Source: Gammaproteobacteria bacterium (lineage in GTDB: Bacteria; Pseudomonadota; Gammaproteobacteria; Pseudomonadales; Azotimanducaceae). From it: a stretch of 50,554 bases of DNA. The number at the start of each line of letters is the position of its first letter. Within the stretch, counting starts at the first letter, position 1. Below are positions 1 through 9,606 of this stretch, in pieces. The stretch is from positions 1 to 50,554 of the forward strand of contig JAPOYW010000327.1 of assembly GCA_026706425.1 (NCBI GenBank), in the 5' to 3' direction. Made by a program: the position numbers and the translations under genes. Below the pieces are notes generated by a model. That model was not told the DNA's origin, did not search any database, and saw only the letters and a program-made list of their open reading frames with translations.

Positions 1-146
1 CTTCCCGTTCCTTGTTCCGTTACAAAGGAGCGTTGAGAAGCAGTGTGCCCCGGTGGTACGCGGATCGTCAAAAAGTATTTCTTTATCAGATGGTTAGAGA
101 ACTTCAAGCGAAGTCCTGAAACCCCCTAACACACCCCTTGAGCGCC

Positions 147-165
147 CTACCGGTCCGCGCGCACC
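147..165. repeat. 19-nt copy of CTACCGGTCCGCGCGCACC, identical to the right arm of the palindromic element at 28394..28412
   Basis: Exact 19/19 match read directly from the sequence. It lies 15 nt 3' of the kinase stop codon (181..183). A degenerate partner arm may be present at about 52..67 (ggtggtacgcggatcg). Confidence 0.5.
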
Positions 166-180
166 GTCAGCTACGCGGGC

Positions 181-1482
181 TTACGCTGGCGCGTGGGCCT
201 CGCCGATGGGGATGGCGACCCGCGCGTCGGTGCCGCCACCGGCGGCCCGCTCGAGCCTGATGTCCCAACCGTGCGCCTGACATAGCTGGCGGACGATCGC
301 GAGGCCCAGACCGCTGCCCCCGGTCGCCTGGCGCCGCGAACCGTCCAGGCGATAGAACGGCTGGAATACCTTTTCCCGATCGTGCTCGGGAATACCCGGA
401 CCGTGGTCCAGGACATGCACCACGACCCCGTCGGCGCCGTTGTCCACCATGATCTCGGCGCCGCCGCCGTGCTGCCGTGCGTTGACGACCAAGTTGGTGA
501 GGACGCGTTGGAAAGCCTCCGGCGCCAGGTTCACCTCGCCGAACGGGCCGTCACGCCACTCGACGCCGAGGTCGTCGTCGATGCCGGCGACCACGGACTC
601 GAGGTACGCCTCGAAATCCAGCGGGTGGGCGTCTTCGCCGGTCCCGCGCGCGAAACGCAGGGCGTTGGAGATCAGTTCCTCCATGGCGCTCAGGTTGCGT
701 TCGAAACGCGCCACGATCTCCCGGTCCACGTCGTCGGGCAATAGCTCCACGGCGAACCGCATGCGCGTGAGCGGCGTGCGCAGATCGTGGGAGATGCCGG
801 CGAGGAGCGTCGTGCGATTGGACAGCAGCTCGCTGACGTCACGCGCCATGGCATTGAAGCTCGCCGCGAGGGTGACCAGCTCGGCCGGGCCCTCCTCCGG
901 CAGCGGCGCAAACGGCTCGGCGCCGCGAAACGATTCCACCGCCCGGGCCGCCTCCGACAAGGGACCCGCCACCCGGCGGACGATGTGCACCGACGTCGCG
1001 AACACGATCACCGCCCCGATGAGGACGACGGAGATGATCACGTACAGCGGCTCGGAAGCCCGCCGCTCCGGCGAGATGCCGATCTGCAGGACAACGCCGC
1101 CCGCCGGGATGTCGGCCCACACGAGCCCGTCGCTTTCCATGAGCTGGACGGGTTCGCCCGAGCGCTGGCTCAATTTGCTCGCCAGCAACTCGTAGTAGGC
1201 GTTTCCGGTGTCGACGAACGGCAGTGGGCGCGGTTCCGCCAAGATGGTGAGATCGTGTTCCTGGAGCATCTCCAGGGCGAAGTAGAGTCGTGCCTCGGGC
1301 GAAAGCTCGACCCAGGTCTTCGCCGACAACACGATGAGACCGGCCTCGTCGTCCGCTGACCGGTCCTGAATGGGCCGGATGACGAACATCGCCAATGCCA
1401 GGATCGACGTCGCAGCGATTCCCGCCGCACTCAAACCGAGCACGATGTTCGTTCGCGAGAGGAGCGTAGAGGGCAATCTCAT
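181..1482 (-). CDS. envZ: EnvZ-like sensor histidine kinase (TM, periplasmic loop, TM, HAMP, HisKA, HATPase)
   Basis: The ORF 181..1614 contains the H-box SHDLRTPLTRMR, an N-box NLVVNARQHG and a G2 box GGSGLGLAIVRQL. The internal ATG at 1482 gives MRLPSTLLSRTNIVLGLSAAGIAATSILALAMFVI, an EnvZ-like N-terminus with TM1. The longer TTG start at 1614 overlaps the ompR stop and cannot be excluded. Confidence 0.85.
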   Translation of the reverse strand: MRLPSTLLSRTNIVLGLSAAGIAATSILALAMFVIRPIQDRSADDEAGLIVLSAKTWVELSPEARLYFALEMLQEHDLTILAEPRPLPFVDTGNAYYELLASKLSQRSGEPVQLMESDGLVWADIPAGGVVLQIGISPERRASEPLYVIISVVLIGAVIVFATSVHIVRRVAGPLSEAARAVESFRGAEPFAPLPEEGPAELVTLAASFNAMARDVSELLSNRTTLLAGISHDLRTPLTRMRFAVELLPDDVDREIVARFERNLSAMEELISNALRFARGTGEDAHPLDFEAYLESVVAGIDDDLGVEWRDGPFGEVNLAPEAFQRVLTNLVVNARQHGGGAEIMVDNGADGVVVHVLDHGPGIPEHDREKVFQPFYRLDGSRRQATGGSGLGLAIVRQLCQAHGWDIRLERAAGGGTDARVAIPIGEAHAPA

Positions 1483-1610
1483 CGCGCTCGCCGTTCGATC
1501 GCGTCGTGCGAGCGACGCGCCTGGTTGCTTGCCGGCGATTCTAGTATGCCGGCGGGCTGGGTGCTCTGACGCGTCGGGCGTCCGCCTGCTTGCTTTACGG
1601 CGTAGCCCCG

Positions 1611-2315
1611 TCAAGCGTCCGGGCAGAACATATAGCCCTTGCCCCAGACAGTGCGGATGTACGTCGGCGAGCCCGGGTTCGGTTCGATCTTGCTGCGCAA
1701 GCGCGTGATGCGCACGTCGATGCTGCGATCGAACGGCGACCGTTCCGCGCCGGTCAACAGGTCCAGAATGCGGTCCCGGTCGAGAACGCGATTGGGATGG
1801 CGCACGAGAATCGTCAGCAAGTCCAGTTCCCCGGAGGTCAACCCCACCGGGTCACCACCCCTGGACAGGCGCTGCGCATTGAGATCGAGACGGTACTCAC
1901 CGAACGACACGGCACCGCCGTCGCTCCCCTTGCCGTGCGCACGGCGCATGACCGCGCGGACACGCGCGAGCAACTCGCGCGGATTGAAGGGTTTGGCGAT
2001 GTAGTCGTCCGCGCCGACCTCGAGGCCGACAATGCGGTCAACGTCCTCGCCCTGAGCGGAGACGATGATGATCGGCGTGTTGGCATCCTGCTTCAGCCGC
2101 TTGGCGATCGACAGGCCATCCTCGCCGGGGAGCATCAAGTCCAGGATGACCAGGTCGATGTCCTCCGCGAGGAGCGCATCGTCCATCTCGACGCCATCGG
2201 CAACCGCAGTGATGTGGTAGCCCTGCTTCGTCAGGTACGCGGTGATGAGCTCTCGGAGTTCAGGGTCATCGTCAACGACAAGAAGCCGCGCACGGTCTTC
2301 GACCGCCTTGGCCAT
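1611..2315 (-). CDS. ompR: OmpR-family response regulator (receiver plus winged-helix domain)
   Basis: LLVVDDDPELRELI...VILDLMLPGEDGLSI...VDRIVGLEVGADDYIAKPFNPRELLARVRAVMRR...RTVWGKGYMF is closely collinear with E. coli OmpR as I remember it. The ATG at 2315 overlaps the TGA of the upstream ORF (TGATG). Confidence 0.9.
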   Translation of the reverse strand: MAKAVEDRARLLVVDDDPELRELITAYLTKQGYHITAVADGVEMDDALLAEDIDLVILDLMLPGEDGLSIAKRLKQDANTPIIIVSAQGEDVDRIVGLEVGADDYIAKPFNPRELLARVRAVMRRAHGKGSDGGAVSFGEYRLDLNAQRLSRGGDPVGLTSGELDLLTILVRHPNRVLDRDRILDLLTGAERSPFDRSIDVRITRLRSKIEPNPGSPTYIRTVWGKGYMFCPDA

Positions 2316-2899
2316 CAAGTCCCACCATCCGGCTTGCCCGGGCGCTGGTGCGCCGATCCCGGCAATCGAACACTCGCCGGAGTCGGGTTACCCTCGGATC
2401 CGGCTTGTACCTTGAGACGGCGTTCGAAGCCGAGGCCATAGGCTCGAGGATCGTCGCGGGCGTCCGTGGTCGCCGCCGGCTGGGCCGTGACGCGCGTCAC
2501 CGTGCCGTCCCGATTGCGCACCACCTGTCCGAACCGGGCACTCGCGCCGATCGGGATCTCGGGAGCCCCGTCGGTGGCCATCAGCCGCTTGCGCACCTCA
2601 ACGAAAAACCACCGCTGTTCGTCTTGGTTCAAGGTTGCCCAACGGTCCGCGACGTCCGCCAACTGCTCGTTGCTGATCCCCGCAAAGGGGTTCGCCGAAA
2701 GGCCACCGGAGGCGACCGTGAGTGCGCGTGGCAACGGTGCTGAACTGGGCGCGGCGCCGGACGGCGTGTCGGCCGACCCGGTCGCGCTGGTCGCCACCAC
2801 TTCGGACGCCCGGCTGGCCAAGGCCAAGGTCAAGACGAGCGCGGAAGCCACCGCGACTCGCACGGTCATCCGGCGTTCAGTGGGCACTCGACTTGCCAT
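2315..2899 (-). CDS. Secreted or periplasmic hypothetical protein, first gene of the ompR-envZ operon
   Basis: Signal-peptide-like N-terminus MASRVPTERRMTVRVAVASALVLTLALASRASE. The stop codon overlaps the ompR start. I recognised no family. The start could be 2899 or 2869. Confidence 0.55.
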   Translation of the reverse strand: MASRVPTERRMTVRVAVASALVLTLALASRASEVVATSATGSADTPSGAAPSSAPLPRALTVASGGLSANPFAGISNEQLADVADRWATLNQDEQRWFFVEVRKRLMATDGAPEIPIGASARFGQVVRNRDGTVTRVTAQPAATTDARDDPRAYGLGFERRLKVQAGSEGNPTPASVRLPGSAHQRPGKPDGGT

Positions 2900-2982
2900 G
2901 CGTTCACCGTGCCGCCCCCACGACGGGTGAGTGTCACCGACAACGGTTTCCTGCCCATTGCCGCACAGTATCAAGATGTAAC

Positions 2983-3016
2983 GAAGCCGGCGACCGCTTT
3001 CGTGGTCGCCGGCTTC
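2983..3016 (-). terminator. Perfect 13-bp stem with an 8-nt loop, downstream of the thiolase gene
   Basis: GAAGCCGGCGACC-gctttcgt-GGTCGCCGGCTTC lies 53 nt 3' of the thiolase stop. The U-tract on the minus strand is weak (gttacatctt), so activity as an intrinsic terminator is uncertain. Confidence 0.45.
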
Positions 3017-3068
3017 TCATTCACGAGCGCTCGAACGCAGGGCATTCGAGCGATGTCGTGGCGAAGTG

Positions 3069-4256
3069 TCAGGCGCGCTCGAAGAGCCCGGCCGCGCCCT
3101 GACCGCCGCCGATGCACATCGTCACCACGCCGTAGCGTTGCTGGCGACGCTCGAGTTCGCGCAGGATCGTGCCCGTGCAGCGCGAGCCCGTCATGCCGAA
3201 CGGGTGGCCGATCGAGATGCTGCCGCCGTTGACGTTGTACTTCTCGTTGTCGAGGTCGAGTTCGTTCCGGCAGTAGACGCATTGCGATGCGAACGCCTCG
3301 TTCAGTTCCCACAGGTCGACGTCGTCCTTGCGCAGCCCCGCATTCTCGAGGAGCCTAGGGATGGCAAACACCGGTCCGATGCCCATCTCGTCGGGCTCGC
3401 AGGCCGCGACGGTGAAGCCCCGGTAGACGCCCATCGGCTTGAGCCCGAGTTGATTCGCCCGGTCGGCGCTCATCAACAGGGTCATGGAGGCGCCGTCCGA
3501 TAGCTGCGATGCATTGCCCGCGGTCACGGTGCCGTCTTCCTCGAAGGCCGGCGGCAGTCCGGCCAGGCCCTCGATGGTGGAATTGGGCCGGTTGCATTCG
3601 TCCCGATCCACGACCACCTCGGAGAAACTCTCTTCGCCGGTTTCCCGGTCGACCACCTTCATGGTCGCCGTCATCGGCACGATCTCGTCGCCGATCCAGC
3701 CGGCGGACTGCGCCTTGGCGTAGCGAAGCTGGCTTTGCAGCGCGTACTCGTCCTGCATCTCGCGGGTGACCTGGTAGCGGCGCGCGACCACCTCGGCGGT
3801 GTTGCCCATGGCCATGAAGATCGCCGGCTTCTCGTCGACCAACCGCTTGTTGCGGGTGTCGCCACCACGCGGGGAGCGCGTGGCACCGGAGATCGAATCG
3901 ACACCGCCAGCCATCGCGATGTCGGTCTGACCGGAGGCGATCTGGTTGGAGGCGATGGCGATGGATTGCAGGCCGGAAGAGCAGAACCGGTTGATGGTCA
4001 TCCCGGCCGTCGTGATCGGCAGCTTGGACAAAACGACGGCCAGCCGCGCCAGGTTGCCGTCCTGTTCACCGGTGTGGTTGGCGGCACCGACGACGACGTC
4101 CTCGACCTCTTCAGCCGCGACGTTGGGATTGCGTTCCAGGAGCGCGTCGATGCAGTGCGCCAGCATGTCATCGGAACGCGTCAGGTTGAAGCTGCCGCGA
4201 TGGGACTTCGCAAGCCCCGTGCGGACGCTGTCTACGACTACGACTTCTCGTGCCAT
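3069..4256 (-). CDS. Acetyl-CoA C-acyltransferase / 3-ketoacyl-CoA thiolase
   Basis: 395 aa. The active-site Cys is in the context [12 protein letters not shown]. The C-terminal thiolase motifs are [19 protein letters not shown] and [14 protein letters not shown]. Confidence 0.9.
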   Translation of the reverse strand: MAREVVVVDSVRTGLAKSHRGSFNLTRSDDMLAHCIDALLERNPNVAAEEVEDVVVGAANHTGEQDGNLARLAVVLSKLPITTAGMTINRFCSSGLQSIAIASNQIASGQTDIAMAGGVDSISGATRSPRGGDTRNKRLVDEKPAIFMAMGNTAEVVARRYQVTREMQDEYALQSQLRYAKAQSAGWIGDEIVPMTATMKVVDRETGEESFSEVVVDRDECNRPNSTIEGLAGLPPAFEEDGTVTAGNASQLSDGASMTLLMSADRANQLGLKPMGVYRGFTVAACEPDEMGIGPVFAIPRLLENAGLRKDDVDLWELNEAFASQCVYCRNELDLDNEKYNVNGGSISIGHPFGMTGSRCTGTILRELERRQQRYGVVTMCIGGGQGAAGLFERA

Positions 4257-4421
4257 TCGTGATTCCCCTCAACAAAAGGTTTTAGGCCGACTCGACCGTC
4301 GAGCCGGCGAAGTTCACAAGCGTACCCATATCCGCGCGACGTTATCAACCGCGCCCTGATTGAGCCGCCACGCCGCCCGCAAGTCGGATGGACTCGCGGA
4401 CGGCGCTGTACCACCGTGGCG

Positions 4422-7400
4422 TCAGTTGCCCATGTAATAGGTCACACCGAGCTTGACGATGCGCCCGAACGGATTGTGCGTGAACGCGTCGTAGTTCATC
4501 TCGATCCCGGTGAACGGCGGGTCCTCATCCGAGATGTTCAAGACCGACGCCCACACGTCGAGGCGCTCGGACGCCAGGGCGACGTTGACGTGCAGGTCGT
4601 GCGTCAGTTGCTCCTCCACGGTGACGTCCGCGGTGTCGCGTTCGTACTCGTCGACGTAGTTGGCCCGGTAGCGGACGTTCACGGGACCAACGGCGTAGTT
4701 GATCATCGCCCGCCCTTTCCACTCGACCAGCGACCGCGCCAGCGACGTGCCGTAGTTCATGCTGCCGAGCGCGTCGTAGGCATCGCCGAGGACCCAGGCA
4801 TCGATCTCGTAGCCGAGGATCTGGGTACCGGTCACGCCGAACGTAGCAATCCCCGGCCCGACCGGCAACGCGTAACGGGCCGTGAAGTCCACGCCGTCCG
4901 TCTTTATGTCGGGCCCATTGACGATGTACACATCGATGATCTCGAGGTTGGTCGGCGCCGGCGGGCCCCCGAAGGCGAGTCGGTCGAAGTAAGGACTCGA
5001 CGGGTCGCATGCTCCGGGACAGGCTGCCCCTAGGACGGCGCCGAACGGCTCGGTAACCAGCGGCTTCTCGAAGTCGTACGACCAGTAGTCGAGCGTCACG
5101 AACAGGTTGTCGTCGCCAAGCAACAGCCCGTCGTGGTCGACGAGAAGGCCGACGTTCACCGTGGTCGCTTCCTCCGGCTGGAGATCCGGGTTGCCCTTGG
5201 TGTCCACGCGCTTGAAGGCACCGGTCGCCCCGACGAACTGCAGGCTATTGGACGAGTCGTCGGCCACCGTCTGATTGAGCGTCGGCCCGCGGAACGTGGT
5301 GCCGAGCGAAGCGCGGAAGCCGATGCTCGGCGTCGCTTGCCAGCGGATGGCCGCCTTGGGATCGAGGCTCGACCCCGTCGCACTCCCGTAGTCCTCGTAG
5401 CGAAGCGAGAGTTGCGCTTCCAGCGTGCTGGCCAAGGGAAGCTGCAACTCGCCGAAGAACGCGTAGATGTTCCGGTCCTGGTCGATGTCGGTACTCGGCG
5501 GCAGGAATCCGAAGAGGCCATTGCGGTCGGTCGTGCAGTTCCTGATTTCCGGTCCGGCCGCGCACGGGAAGAGGTCGAAATCGTTGATGTCCCATGGTCC
5601 GCTCTGGTAGCTCTCGCTGCGCCAGTGCGCTCCCGCTGCGTAACTCACCTCGCCGCCGGGGAGCGTGAACGCCAAGGGACCGCCAATCACACCTTCGAGC
5701 ACGAGGAGCGAGGTCTCGCCGGTGCCGCCGAGTTCGGTCAGCAGGTAGTCGTAGAGGTCCTGGTTGTTGAGCGCGGGGTTGAAGGTGGGGTTGTTGGCGA
5801 TGCCGTTCTTGACCTGTGGATGCGATCCGCGCATCGAGTTGGAGAAGGGGATCCAGTACCGGCAAGGGCCTTGCCCCGCGTGCGCCATCACGGTCTCCAG
5901 CGAGAAGACGAGGTTGCCGTTCGCGTCGTACTCGTTCGGCACAGCGGCTTCGCACTCGAACCCGCCGAGGCCCTGTCTCGCGCGCGCGTCCCGGTAAACC
6001 ATGGTGTCGGCGCCGCCTGAATAGCGTTCGGATCCCGAATAGACGGCCGACAGGGTCCAGTCGTAGCGCTCGGTCGAGCCGTCGAGCGCGACTTCCAGGC
6101 GCCAAAGGTCGTTTTCGCGCGGGTGGTCGCGCAAGGGGCCGTCCTGCCCGAAGGTGCGACCGTAGAACCACGCCACCTCCTGCCACTCGGTCGGGATGCC
6201 CGCTGCGTCCTGGGCCGGATCGCCCGCCCAGCCGCAGTAGCTCGCGCCGCACCACGCCAAGTCGCCGTAGAGGTCGGGATACCTGCTCGCCATGTCGACG
6301 AGCCCCGGGTTGTTCGCGCGGATGGTGCGGTTTGCGTCGATCAGCCGGTTCGGCGGGTACGACGGCGAGGTGTTCCACCCCGGCACGTCGCTGTCGGTCA
6401 TCAGGAAGTTCGCGCTCAACGTGGTGTTGTCGTCGATCTCCCACGAACCCTCGGTCAGCCACTGCCATCGCTGCGCTTCCTCGGCGATATTGTCGAAGGC
6501 CGTGTACTGGAAACGGCAGAAGCCACCCAAGGGGTTCTGCGGAAGAACCGTGGTTCGGGTACCGCCGAGCACCTCGCAGTTGGGGTCGACGATGCCGCCG
6601 AGGAGCAAGCCGGTGAAGCCACCGAGGCCGGCCGCGGACAAGCCGTTCCAAGTCCGCAGCGGGACCACCACGGAAGGCCGGCCGACGGACGACCATCCCC
6701 CGGTGGGGCTGTCGGCGTACGGCAGAACCGCCCAGTCCCGATCCGATAGCGTCAGTTCGCCCCGCTCGATGTGGCTGAAGGAAGTGACCAGGTGGCCGCG
6801 ACCATCGGCGAATTCCCGACCCCAGATGATCCCCAGTTCCGTGTCGCCGTCGGATGCGTCGATCACCTTGTGGTTGGCCGACGCCTCGAAGCCGACGAAG
6901 TCGCTGCGGGTGATGAAGTTCATCACCCCGGCGATGGCGTCCGACCCGTAGGTCGCGGCGGCGCCGTCACGCAGGATCTCCACGCGTTCTATGGCAACCG
7001 AGGGGATGACGTTGACGTCCACCAGCAACTGCGCCTGGGCGCCGATCGCGTGCGGGGACCAGGTCGTGCGGCGGCCGTTGATCAGCACCAGCGACCGGCT
7101 CGGGCCGAGGCCCCGAATGTTGACCGTGGCCCGGTCCGCGCCGGCGCCGGCCTGGAATTGGTCGGTTTCGCCGTCGGCCCCTTGGCTGAACGACAGGTTC
7201 TTGACCAGGTCGAGGACCGTGGGCGTGCCTTCGTTGACGAGTTCGTCGCGGGTGAATGTCGTGACCGGCAAGGGCGCATCTTCCGGCGTTCCTTTGATGT
7301 AGGAGCCCGTGACGATGACCTCTTCGACGGTCTCGTCGGGCGGCTCCGCGGATGTGTTGTCCTGTCCGTGTGCGCTCAATGTCGCGATCACCGAGAAAGC

Positions 7401-7457
7401 GAACGCGCACGACAGTGCGACTCGGGCCGACCGGCCCAATTCGGGGGTACTACTCAT
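4422..7457 (-). CDS. TonB-dependent receptor (1011 aa)
   Basis: Signal peptide, then a TonB-box-like EEVIVTGS and a plug domain (FTRDELVNEGTPTVLDLVKNLS, VNIRGLGPSRSLVLINGRR, IERVEILRDGAAATYGSDAIAGVMNF), followed by a long Gly/Tyr/Asp-rich barrel. Confidence 0.9.
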   Translation of the reverse strand: MSSTPELGRSARVALSCAFAFSVIATLSAHGQDNTSAEPPDETVEEVIVTGSYIKGTPEDAPLPVTTFTRDELVNEGTPTVLDLVKNLSFSQGADGETDQFQAGAGADRATVNIRGLGPSRSLVLINGRRTTWSPHAIGAQAQLLVDVNVIPSVAIERVEILRDGAAATYGSDAIAGVMNFITRSDFVGFEASANHKVIDASDGDTELGIIWGREFADGRGHLVTSFSHIERGELTLSDRDWAVLPYADSPTGGWSSVGRPSVVVPLRTWNGLSAAGLGGFTGLLLGGIVDPNCEVLGGTRTTVLPQNPLGGFCRFQYTAFDNIAEEAQRWQWLTEGSWEIDDNTTLSANFLMTDSDVPGWNTSPSYPPNRLIDANRTIRANNPGLVDMASRYPDLYGDLAWCGASYCGWAGDPAQDAAGIPTEWQEVAWFYGRTFGQDGPLRDHPRENDLWRLEVALDGSTERYDWTLSAVYSGSERYSGGADTMVYRDARARQGLGGFECEAAVPNEYDANGNLVFSLETVMAHAGQGPCRYWIPFSNSMRGSHPQVKNGIANNPTFNPALNNQDLYDYLLTELGGTGETSLLVLEGVIGGPLAFTLPGGEVSYAAGAHWRSESYQSGPWDINDFDLFPCAAGPEIRNCTTDRNGLFGFLPPSTDIDQDRNIYAFFGELQLPLASTLEAQLSLRYEDYGSATGSSLDPKAAIRWQATPSIGFRASLGTTFRGPTLNQTVADDSSNSLQFVGATGAFKRVDTKGNPDLQPEEATTVNVGLLVDHDGLLLGDDNLFVTLDYWSYDFEKPLVTEPFGAVLGAACPGACDPSSPYFDRLAFGGPPAPTNLEIIDVYIVNGPDIKTDGVDFTARYALPVGPGIATFGVTGTQILGYEIDAWVLGDAYDALGSMNYGTSLARSLVEWKGRAMINYAVGPVNVRYRANYVDEYERDTADVTVEEQLTHDLHVNVALASERLDVWASVLNISDEDPPFTGIEMNYDAFTHNPFGRIVKLGVTYYMGN

Positions 7458-7717
7458 GGGATGTGCCTCGCAAGGTTGGTTGAGTGACTACGGGCGTACC
7501 GCCTCCACAAACGGCGGCCACCCCAGCTCAGGCGCGGACCATAACCGAGTTTTCCCTGCTCTGCGACCCTAGGGAACCCAGCCCCTAGGATCGCAGTTGG
7601 TAGTGCACGCTGCGGCGGGACGTGCGCGCGTTCTGCGCCACGGTTATTCTCCTAGCGTTGTTGAGCAAGTCCTTCTTTTCGGTTGAGCAAGCCCTTGGAA
7701 ACGCACGGCGGCGAGAC

Positions 7718-8923
7718 ATGACTATGCGCCACGGACGGGGATTCGACGATCTCGAGAGCCGCCTTGCCGACCTTCGCCGCCGGGACATGTACCGCGTCCG
7801 GCGCAATCTCGAGGGACCGCAGGGGCGCGAGGTCACCCTTGAGGGCCATGCGTTCCTCAACTTCAGCAGCAACGACTACCTCGGGCTTGCCGGCGACCCG
7901 CGCGTGGCGGAAGCCTTCAAGCGCGGCATCGACCGGTGGGGAACCGGAACCGGCGCGTCGCACCTGATCTCCGGCCACACCGCCGCGCACGAGGAACTCG
8001 AGGAAGCCCTCGCCGCGTTCACCGGCCGGCCCAGGGCGCTGCTCTACGGGAGCGGCTACGCGGCCAATGTCGGCGTCATCAACGCCCTGTTGAGCGTCGG
8101 CGATTTCGTTTTCCAGGATCGGCTGAACCACGCATCGCTCCTGGACGGCGGCTGGATCAGCCGCGCCACGTTCACATGGTTCGAGCACGGCGACAGCGCC
8201 GATCTCGAAGCCAAGCTCGCCGCAGTCGACCACGAACCCACGCGCAAGCTAATCGTCAGCGACGGCACGTTCAGCATGGACGGGGACGCGTGCCGCCTGG
8301 ACGAACTGGTGGCCGCGTCGGCCCGCCACCGTGCCTGGGTCCTGATCGACGACGCCCACGGCATGGGTGTGCACGGCCGCAGCGGCGTGGGCGTGGTGGA
8401 TCCGGAACGCTACGCCACGACCGATGTGCCGGTACTGGTTGGCACGCTGGGCAAGGCTTTCGGGACGGCTGGCGCATTCGTCGCCGGCGAGGACGCGCTG
8501 ATCGAGACGCTGATCCAGCGCTCCCGCAACTACATCTTCACCACCGCCATGCCCAGCGCGCTGGCCGTTGCGACGCAGAAGAGCCTCGAGATCGCCGTCA
8601 CCGAGGACTGGCGACGCGAACACCTCGTGACCTTGATCGACCGCTTCCGGGCCGGCACCCGCGATCTCGGCTTCGACCTCTTGCCATCGACGTCGCCAAT
8701 TCAGCCCTTGGTCGTGGGCGATCCGGCGCGCGCCCTGGGCTTGAGCCGCGCGCTCAAGCAACGCGGTTTCTTGATTGGCGCCATTCGGCCACCCACCGTG
8801 CCGGAAGGGACGTCGCGGCTGCGCGTCACGCTGACGGCGGCGCATAGCGTGGCGGATGTCGACAGCCTACTCGATACCTTAAGCACACTCGCCGCCTGCT
8901 GGTCGCGCGCCTCGGCGAGTTGA
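7718..8923 (+). CDS. bioF: 8-amino-7-oxononanoate synthase
   Basis: FLNFSSNDYLGLAGDPRV, SGYAANVGVI, FSMDGD, VGTLGKAFG (PLP lysine) and AIRPPTVPEGTSRLRVTLTAAH are collinear with E. coli BioF. I chose the internal ATG at 7718 (MTMRHGRGF...) because the 32 upstream codons of the ORF look non-coding. Confidence 0.9.
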   Translation: MTMRHGRGFDDLESRLADLRRRDMYRVRRNLEGPQGREVTLEGHAFLNFSSNDYLGLAGDPRVAEAFKRGIDRWGTGTGASHLISGHTAAHEELEEALAAFTGRPRALLYGSGYAANVGVINALLSVGDFVFQDRLNHASLLDGGWISRATFTWFEHGDSADLEAKLAAVDHEPTRKLIVSDGTFSMDGDACRLDELVAASARHRAWVLIDDAHGMGVHGRSGVGVVDPERYATTDVPVLVGTLGKAFGTAGAFVAGEDALIETLIQRSRNYIFTTAMPSALAVATQKSLEIAVTEDWRREHLVTLIDRFRAGTRDLGFDLLPSTSPIQPLVVGDPARALGLSRALKQRGFLIGAIRPPTVPEGTSRLRVTLTAAHSVADVDSLLDTLSTLAACWSRASAS

Positions 8924-9606
8924 TGCGACCCTTTTTCGTCACGGGTACGGACACGGAGGTCGGCAAGACAGTCATTGCCGCGGCACTCCTGCGCCTGGCC
9001 CGACAACACGGCCTACGCTGTGCGGCCCTGAAGCCCGTCGCCGCGGGATGCAGCCGAGAGAACGGCCGACTGGTCAACGACGATGCCCTGCAACTGATCG
9101 CGGCGAGCGGAACCGACCTCGACTACCCCACGGTCAACCCGGTGGCCCTAGAGCCCGCCATCGCCCCCCACATCGCCGCGGCGCAGGCCGGGATCGAGCT
9201 GAGCGCAGCCAAGCTCAGCGCCCACTGCCGCGCCGCGCTGGCTCGCGACATCGACTTCGCCATCGTGGAAGGCGCCGGCGGCTGGTTCGTTCCCCTGAAC
9301 CCCACCGAGACGTTGGCGGACGTCTGCCTTGACCTCGGTGCACGCCCAATTCTCGTGGTCGGCATGAAGCTCGGTTGCTTGAATCATGCGCTTCTGACCG
9401 CCGATGCCATCGCCAAGGCCGGGGTCGAGATGGCCGGCTGGGTCGCCAATTGCCAAGAACCGGCGATGCCCGTTTTCGGCGAGAACGTCGCCACGTTGCG
9501 CGAGCGCCTATCGGCGCCCTGCCTAGGTGTCGTTCCGCACCTCGGAAAGGCCGCCTCGCCGGAAGCCGCAGCGGTGCACCTCGACATTCGCCCACTCCTG
9601 CCATGA
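8923..9606 (+). CDS. bioD: Dethiobiotin synthetase
   Basis: [23 protein letters not shown] matches the P-loop of the BioD N-terminus. The ATG overlaps the bioF TGA. Confidence 0.9.
   Translation: MRPFFVTGTDTEVGKTVIAAALLRLARQHGLRCAALKPVAAGCSRENGRLVNDDALQLIAASGTDLDYPTVNPVALEPAIAPHIAAAQAGIELSAAKLSAHCRAALARDIDFAIVEGAGGWFVPLNPTETLADVCLDLGARPILVVGMKLGCLNHALLTADAIAKAGVEMAGWVANCQEPAMPVFGENVATLRERLSAPCLGVVPHLGKAASPEAAAVHLDIRPLLP

Noticed and set aside
1-146. A lower-GC segment at the left edge with a possible 28-codon ORF after AAAGGAG.
   Set aside because: It is too short and is truncated by the window edge. There is no recognisable motif, and it may simply be the 3' flank or promoter region of a gene outside the window.
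5245-6696. A long 483-aa minus-strand ORF, plus several plus-strand ORFs, lie inside the 4422..7457 TBDR gene.
   Set aside because: These are alternative-frame and antisense shadow ORFs typical of high-GC DNA. Their translations are Arg/Pro/Gly/Ala-rich with no recognisable motifs, whereas the TBDR frame has clear plug and barrel motifs. The same reasoning applies to 9384..10517, 11100..12395, 15642..16712, 16783..18522, 38097..40229, 40276..41871, 40407..42125, 45588..46733, 47262..48563 and 48627..49733.
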